Below are positions 53,700 through 64,000 of a stretch of DNA of 64,000 bases, one piece after another (position 1 is the stretch's first letter; each line of letters begins with the position of its first letter). The notes below the pieces were generated by a model. That model was not told where the DNA came from. It saw nothing but the letters and a program-made list of their open reading frames with translations, and made no database searches. Origin of the DNA: Eledone cirrhosa (lineage: Eukaryota); contig OZ024741.1 of NCBI GenBank assembly GCA_964016885.1, forward strand, positions 207,576,001-207,640,000. Reading direction: 5' to 3'. The translations under genes and the position numbers were made by a program.

Positions 53700-55840
53700 G
53701 AGATGATAGTGCTGCTAGGAAAAGGCGTGGACTGAGGTCGTAATCAATAATTTTCGGTCCATAGCACAGTTAAATGCAGAGTTTAAGATTTTGACTAAGG
53801 TATTATCAAAATGTTGGTGCTTATCGGTAGCAGATTTGCGTAATCGCAAATAGATCTATCCTCAACAACCTCCTCCTCATGCGATACATGGTAGAGAGGG
53901 TAGATTATTATCTACTCTGGCTTCAGTGAGGCTCTGATAAATTTTGATTAATAAAGCTCTTCCCATACTGTCGACCATCAATACTTGACGGCTGTCCTTC
54001 AGGCAGTCCGTATAACTGGCTACCTTCGGAACTGTTTCGTAACACTGGCTCGGTCCGTCTACGGCATCCTCTCATCTTATCTGTATATAATTTTTCTGAA
54101 GCCATATCGACACATACGGACGACGTCACCTTAATGGTGTTGGACACCATGGAGATCGAGGTTCTAAGTGGATACGAGACGAAGTTATATGTAGAGTAGC
54201 CAATCTCACCCAGAAATGCACCGAAAAGAAGCTATCTCTAAAAAGTCGAACACATGCGTATATTACCTCCGTTATATATTGCAACTTACCCCAATTTCCG
54301 TGTGATCGGATTGGAGCGTATCCTCTTTGGCTTCTTGTGGAAAGTGCAAGTTTCACTTGTCAGGCGTTCCATCTGCTGTCAATATCGTCTACGTGAAGGA
54401 ATTGATATGCCGTGTCTAATAATGGTTTCTGATTTAGGCATAGGTCAACTATTTTAGCGGAGGGGAAAGTCGATTAAATCGACCCCAGTGCATTACTGGT
54501 ACTTTATTTTATAGGCATCCATAAGGATGAAAATCAAAGCTAATCTCGGCGAGATTTGAACTCAGAACGTAAAGGGTCGTAACTCTATGCTGCAAAGCAT
54601 GTTGTCCGACGCTCTACCAATTCTGCCAATCCACTTTCCATAAGCAGAATCGATAGAGCGTCGGACAACATGCTTTGCAGCTTAGAGTTTCGGCCCTTTA
54701 CGTTCTGAGTTCAAATCCCACCGAAGTTAGCTTTGCGTTTCATCCTTACGGAGGTCGATAAAATAAATTTTACGGTCGATTTATATATGCCATGTCTAAT
54801 AATGCACAGGTATTTGTTGCCGCTGCGACAGCTATAGACATTCCTAGATGATGAACAGATCTGGTCACCTTTTGTCAGGCACATCTTTTTACAAGTCATC
54901 CATTTGGGGAAGCTGGAGTCCTAGGTCAAGCGAAGACCAAGACTGGGCGACGAGTATCTGGAATGTACTCAGAGGCTCACAACCCTCTACCAATCGGACG
55001 ATGCAATCTAGGAATTTACCACACTACCATTTTATAAAGGACTACTAGTAGGGAAGGGTGACTACGTTCTCGAGGAAATTTTGGTCTGTTTCGTAAAAGT
55101 TTTGGGTCGGAGACTATGAATGATTTATAGAAATATGTGGCTAAGCAGCGCCACCTGGCTCCAGACAAATTCTACAAGCCCGGAAATGCTGTCAGACGGA
55201 CCTGTCTGAAATGCAGGTTGGGTGATGAGACCATTCTGCACACACTTATTCAATGTCTGGGCATTTTTGATTCGCAGAGCTTTGTAGAACAGATGATATT
55301 TTATGTAGTATGATCTGGCTATCAGCCGAGTCCAACGTGAAGATCGCTCCAGCTCATTCTTTAGGTCAGAAAGGACAGGCTATGGTCAAAGACGTTGTGT
55401 GGCGAATGCGACAAAAAATATTCAAGGCAGACACAATCCCCTGCGGCCAAATCTCTATCAACTTTTTAAAATTTTACTGGGGATGGAAAGTGCTGCTCTA
55501 CCTCAATAGATTTGTTGAAAGATGGGTGAAAGTGGTAAACATGGCCCAAATGAATATGTCTACCTGTAGACAGAGATACTTAGATGAGAGAGGGCACTTG
55601 CTTTGGTGGCCAGGATAAGTCAAGTTTTGAGGAATTTCCTTGGTTGGCCTTAGATAATTGTTTTCACTATTATGGATGCATACTTTGTTGCTATTTTTTG
55701 TTATTCGCTGTTTTTTTAATTTTATATTTACACGATATGTAGCTCACCCTCCCGCGGTGTCTTTGTATCTTGTTCTTGTGGCATCCTAATCATCTTTGTA
55801 CCCCTGCGACAGATATAAAATTATTATTATTTTTATTATT
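53700..55840 (+). mobile_element. Heavily degraded Tx1/L1-like LINE interrupted by head-to-head SINEs (about 54440-54770)
   Basis: NNFRSIAQLNAEFKILTK; TYGRR/DDV region; CLKC..DETILHTLIQC knuckle near 55200; 3' end similar to 24160-24490. Confidence 0.65.
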
Positions 55841-55984
55841 ATTGGGGGTAGTTTTGCCTTTCATCTTTACAGGGTATAAAAACTAATGTACTCTTCAAGT
55901 ACTGGGGTCGATATAATTGATTTTCTCCTCCCTACAAATAGTTGGCCTTGTGCCTATATTAGACATTTTTATTATTGTTGTATA

Positions 55985-56400
55985 AAGTGCGGTGAAATGG
56001 TAAAGTTATTAGAGCGTCGGCCAAATACAGCAGTATTTCTTCCGGCTCTTTACTTTCTGAGTTCAAATCCCACGGAGGGTAACTCTGCTTTTCATCCTTC
56101 CGGAGTCGATAAAATAAGCACCAGTCACGCACTGGGGTTGATTTAATCGACTTTCTCTTCCCCAGAAATTGCTGGCCTTGTAGAAACAATTATTTTAAAG
56201 ATTGTAGATGGGCAGAGCGTCGGAAAAAATACTTTGCGATAGTTGTGGCGACACTTTACATTCTCAGTTCAAATCCTACCGAATTCAGCATTGATTTTCA
56301 CCATTCCGGGTTCGATAAAATAAAGTACCCAGGTCGATATGGTCCACTTTCCCCTACAAATTGCAGGTATTGTGCCTAAATTAGAAATCATTATTCATCG
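55985..56400 (+). mobile_element. Two tandem SINE copies
   Basis: The SINE core occurs twice, near 56060 and 56265. Confidence 0.8.
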
Positions 56401-57799
56401 ATGAGGAGGTTAAAAAGTTCGTTTTACAATAATGAGGTTCTGAGTTCGATTCCAAGGGTGTGAAACGTTGGATATGTTTCTTCTGCTATAGCTTCGTGTC
56501 GACCAACACCTTTATGAATGAAAGTGGGTGGACGGAAACTAGGTGGAGGCCCATCGAATGGATTTTATCTATAATTTCAAAGTAGACTGTGTGACACTGA
56601 TTCGACTTGCGAATCTGTCTATGGAATACCCAACCACTTTCACGTTAACACTTATAGTAGGTGTTCCAGTTTATCATACAACAAAATGCTCATAGTTGAA
56701 ACCTATAGAGAATTTACCAGTTATTTTAGTAGTCATGTTATTGTATGCTTTCCCCACATAACTGTGCGCAGTTTTTTGTGACTCGGGTACGTGCAATGTT
56801 TTGTTTTAGTCTAAGATGTTTATGTGCTTGATGGTGTTATTTCTACATAATGTGTATGTGTTTATATACTTTCTCAACTTTCTGTTTATTGATATTCAGT
56901 AGCTATGCAGGGATTTCAATTGGCTGTGATTTGTTATTTATTTGGTTTATTTTGCTTGGGTTAATGCCTATCTTCCTTATTTACGTTCTCTTAAATAGCT
57001 TTGTCGCATTTAAAAAATTATTTTAGTTATTAGTTTGTTATTTTATTGTTCGTAATGTATGTATTCTTTATTCTAAGTGTTCTATTTCCATGTCTGATAT
57101 CTTTTTCGTTTTAGGTAAATATCTTCATAATTTTTTTATTATCTGTTGGGATCTGAAGTTATTTCTAGATCGGGGTTATTTTCTCTTCTCTGCTTATCTC
57201 ATACATGTTACATTGTGGTAGTTTCATTTAGCGGAGGAAATGATTGTGTACAGTATCTGGTATGCCCCCCGGAGACCATTTATATGCTATCTCTTCTATC
57301 TTAAGATCTTGAGAAGTGCAATTTGTCATTTTTTTCCAGTTTCTAATCATTTTCTTTTATCGGGTGCCGGTTTATTTGTTTCGGGTGATGAAACGTTTTT
57401 TTACGCTCCATGTCTGATATTATTTATACTTTTTATACATAAAATCCAAAGTTTTGTTGTATATTTGTCTGTATTATATTGTGTGTGGTGTGAGATTTTG
57501 TGTGTCTTGGGGTTCGGATACATCTATTTATGTTACTATGCACAGACATAACTGTATAAATAGGCTCAAATATCGCTGTACTTTTAAGACGTTAGTTTCA
57601 AATGATATTTTCAAGTCCAACAGTAATTTCCGAGAAAAACGTGATAGGAGGAAACTGAGCAGTACACATACATATATGGACACATATATATATATACACA
57701 CACACGATGGGATAATGCACACACACACACACACACAAACACACACACGCACACACATATATATATATATGTGTTTGTGTGTGCGTGTACTTGGCGTAG

Positions 57800-58230
57800 C
57801 AATAAAGTCTTTAGAATAACCCTTTAAATGAAAATGCACAACATATTGAAACTAAAATTTATTTATTCTGCCTAACATAATCTCCATTGAATGCAGTAAC
57901 CTCTTTACAATGTTTATGCAAAGCATTTAATTCTTTCTGGAACCGTTTCTTCGGCAATTGTCGAAACCAGTGCGACGATTCATCTACCACCTCTTCTATG
58001 AAACGGAAACAAATTTCCAAAGATGTCGCTTTAATAACTTGAACACCCAACGATCGCACAAATTTATGTCGAGACTAATGGGTGATTGTTTGATTATTGA
58101 CAGTCTTCTCCTCTGGAAAAAATCTTTTGTCAATTGAGTATTTCGATGCGTGTTTTATAAACTCGAAAGAATGACAGCAAAATAATTATGAATATGACCA
58201 TGACAAAATACAGCATTCATACGTGTACAA
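57800..58230 (-). mobile_element. Mariner transposase C-terminal remnant
   Basis: EEVVDESSHWFRQLPKKRFQKELNALHKHCKEVTAFNGDYV resembles the mariner C-terminus (WF..GI..L..RW.KC...GDY). Confidence 0.55.
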
Positions 58231-58899
58231 CATAGTTCAGATTCCAACTAATTTTAGTTGGAAATTACTGTTGGACCTGAAAATATCATTTGAAACTAAC
58301 GTCTATATACGGCACACAGCCTACTATTCCAAAGACTTTATTGCCACGCCAAGTATATATGTTAATTGTCAAGGTTTGCTTCCTTCTGAACCCTTTTTGT
58401 AGGTCTCGGGATACACAGTTTTTATGCGTCCATCCCATACACCGCCAGGGCAGGTCGCAGGCCCATCGCCAGATTTTGCGGCATGAAATAGAGACTGCAA
58501 TATATTTTTCGAATAGGCCCCTTTAACTAAGGTCCCTTGTTAACCCGCGCGACGGACGATGTGGTCTGGTTCATTTTCGTACCTTTCACCACATTGCAGT
58601 TTTGGTGGTCTTATGTGCGCCTGTTACCAATCTGGTACTTTCTCAAACCCACGAAGATTAGAGTTTTTTAGAGGCGGCCTTTACTTGCCTCATCATAGCT
58701 ACATCACTGGATTGTGAAAGTTTTCTTGGGAGCTACAGCTGTCACCCATTGCTCCATCTCTTCTTGTAGTTTACCGCCGCTATTGGGCCAAGACTGCTTA
58801 TTCGTTCGGCAGCTGCCCGCTTACATTGCAACTAACAATTATATCTGGTGGCCATATTATATACAATACATTTATGATATCTGAGATATATATCGAATG

Positions 58900-59250
58900 A
58901 ATCATCCGTTATCTTCAACAACTTCTTCAATATGGTGTCTGGGGCGTTGGCATGTCCAAATCAGATGACCTCTATCAATACTGGACATTATGCTAGTAAT
59001 GGTGGACTAGTGAGGGTGATGATTGACCTTTCTTTAATTTACGCCCCATACGCAATAATCCAGGGGATTGAGGTCTGATGAGCTAAGACACAATGTGTCT
59101 GAAAAACCGTGGTCATGGAGATTGTCATGCATCCATGCTTGTGTCGTTATGGCTGTCAACTTTGAGACAATATGGAATCTACCACTTCGAGGTTTGAACA
59201 CAGAAACTTGATCATAACATTTACATAATGTAGTAGTTATCCACCATACA
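58900..59250 (-). mobile_element. Tc1/mariner transposase remnant
   Basis: Minus strand SSSDLNPLDYCVWG (SPDLNP motif) at about 59043-59085. Confidence 0.55.
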
Positions 59251-59487
59251 ATATATTTACCAACTCATTGCTTTAAATATACAGAAATATTTTCTTACGT
59301 GGGTTGAAGGTCGGAAATTTGGATGGGTGAGATGGACAATCGATTATTTCACTTTCAATACTTGATTGATATTTTATTTTATCGACCCTGAAAAATAGAA
59401 AGTTTCAGTTCAGAACGTTAAGAAACCAGATTAAATAACCAATGGTTGCTTGTAACATAGGAACAAAGTAGTAAGTTGGGTTTGAAG

Positions 59488-60097
59488 CAGTACCAGATTT
59501 ACCACTGTGCTTAGGTGTGCTTAAGCACGGGGCCCCGTTGGCCAGGGGGCCCATCTTCCTGCCCAATTTTTTTTACATCCTTCAGATCCAAGTAATTGGC
59601 TTCATAACTAGCACAGGGCCTCATTTGTCCTAAATCTGCAGTGCATTTATATATATGTATACTTTTACACATTCATTCACACACTTATGCATGTATATAC
59701 ACTTGTAGTGCATCTGTACATACTTTTACATACTTTTACGTACATTCACACACTCACATAAGCATTATATACACTTATTATACATCTCATTATATTTTTT
59801 ACACACATTCATAGACACACTTATGCATGTATATACACTTGCGTTGCATCTATTCATACTTTTACACATTAACACACATATATGCATGTATATACATATG
59901 CAGTGCATTTATATATACTTTTACGCACACCGTTGCTGGATTTATCATTGTGCTTAGATGTGCTTAAGCACAGGACTCCGTTGGCTAGGAGGGGCCATCT
60001 TCCTGTCCCAAATGATTTTTACGATGAATTTTTTACGAGTATGGGTCCTCATAACTTAACTTAGCACGGGGCTTCATTTATCCTAAACCTGTCACTG
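59488..60097. mobile_element. Composite hAT-like element: two MITE units plus a ~290-bp spacer
   Basis: Perfect 8-bp TSD gtttgaag (59480-59487 and 60098-60105); units 59488-59640 and 59931-60097 are homologous to 13955-14137. Confidence 0.8.
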
Positions 60098-60344
60098 GTT
60101 TGAAGGTTGCGTCGATTCACTCGTAAGAAATAAATTTGAATTCGACGGGATTTAAACTCGGGAGGAAAAGAACCAAATAAATATTCAACTATAGTAATAG
60201 CGAATGTGTTTATATTTATTTATATATATAGAAAGTAGATGAGTGAGGAAGGAAGCGTGGGGTGACAAACTAGAAAAAACATCGACCAGCGTTTTAAGAT
60301 GCGTTACACTTGAGTGAGTGTGTAGCGAATTGGCTGCTATTATT

Positions 60345-60462
60345 GTGAGTTCAAATCCTGCCGAGGTTAACTTTGCCTTTCATCCTTACGGGGTCGATAA
60401 AATAAAGTACCAGTAATGTACTGGGTAATTGCTGGCCTTGTTCCTAAAATAGAAACAATTAT
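60345..60462 (+). mobile_element. SINE copy
   Basis: Recurring SINE core. Confidence 0.85.
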
Positions 60463-61520
60463 TGTGTTTAGGTTTGTGTATGTGTGGCGAGTATATCAGT
60501 GTTTGTGTGAATATGTTTATACTTGTGTGAATGTATATGTGTTTGTGTGCGTGAATATGTGTTTATAGCTCTTGTGTGAGTGTATGTGTGAGAGTATATG
60601 TGTGTTTGTGTGAATATATCTATATTTGTGTGAGCGTATATGTGTTTGTGTGTTTATATTTATATGCTCATACATATAAATGTATACATAAGCACACCAA
60701 AATATTATCTTGGTTATCTATGTTAGATATGGATAGTTTATCCAGACAAAAGTTTGCAATAAAATAGTTATTAAACTAAAAAATGTGTTTTGTGGCCTTT
60801 TTATATATAAAATTCTACAATTAGCCGTCATCTTTGACGGAACGATACCAACTAGTACAGTTATATTAACGTTAATTAAATTAGGAAATTTCTGTTTCCG
60901 GAATAAACAGTGAAACAAGATTTGGAACGAGCCAACTTTTAAATAAATAAGCAAAAGGGTTAACTCTTCGCCATCGTCTGTAAACAAATATGTTTGGTTT
61001 TATTTCAATTTCATTGTTTGATGCCCACTTGAGATGAACATCCGCTGTCACATATCGGCCTTTATAAAATGTTCAAGATATCATCCATAAACAAAATGCC
61101 TGATTCGAGCCACATAAACTAAACTATGACCTATTCGGCGACAAGACAACTGTATACTCTGGCAGGCGACACCATGTCGAAGTGTTCACTCCTTTTTTTA
61201 TTCTCTTTTTGTTACCGTCTAGCAATACGATGAAAGAGTAGTTCCGGAGTATTTTGAAAGATCTTACTGTAGAAAAGTGTTTTACCGGTTCCAGAGTGAC
61301 GAAATCAGGGATATACATTTAGCTGTATGTTTACACACACACACACATATATATGTATATATATATATATACATAAATAATATAATATAAATAAGACCAT
61401 CAATTGCCTTATCCGACAAACAAAACTTTCAGTCAGATTGCGTTAACCTGTAAGCAAAACAATCAGAAAGCACCGTAACCCAACCGCTGACCTGCACAAA
61501 TAACTCCCGCTAAACAAACC

Positions 61521-64000
<2,480 letters not shown>

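Noticed and set aside
59070-59090. CTGATGAG motif
   Set aside because: It is the antisense of the Tc1 SSDLNP codons, with no matching stems or GAAA.
60800-61320. Unique-looking sequence with 64-89 aa ORFs
   Set aside because: No motif or convincing splice signals; cannot be called from sequence alone.

Overview
This is AT-rich, microsatellite-dense eukaryotic DNA. The recurring SINE (…gagttcaaatcccgccgagg…ggggtcgataaaataaagtaccagt…) resembles octopod cephalopod SINEs as I recall them, so the organism call is an inference. I cannot confidently identify any host gene; almost everything recognisable is transposable-element derived, and most short ORFs are microsatellite artefacts. Penelope-like elements (PLEs; RT plus C-terminal GIY-YIG endonuclease, resembling the Naiad group) dominate, with three distinct families. 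One copy (39027-44565) is near-intact: an ORF of about 895 codons broken only in a C12 run, flanked by a ~1.25 kb inverted pseudo-LTR, each arm carrying a minimal hammerhead ribozyme motif. Several non-coding fold-back modules with the same architecture sit in (TA)n tracts, two of them with their own hammerheads. The window also holds RTE, Tx1/L1, CRE-like and R4/Dong-like LINE fragments (the last repeatedly abutting (CATA)n), a non-coding LTR element with a tRNA-Trp primer site, a solo LTR, hAT and Tc1 MITEs (one composite with a perfect 8-bp TSD), mariner remnants and many SINEs. Boundaries of degraded elements are approximate.
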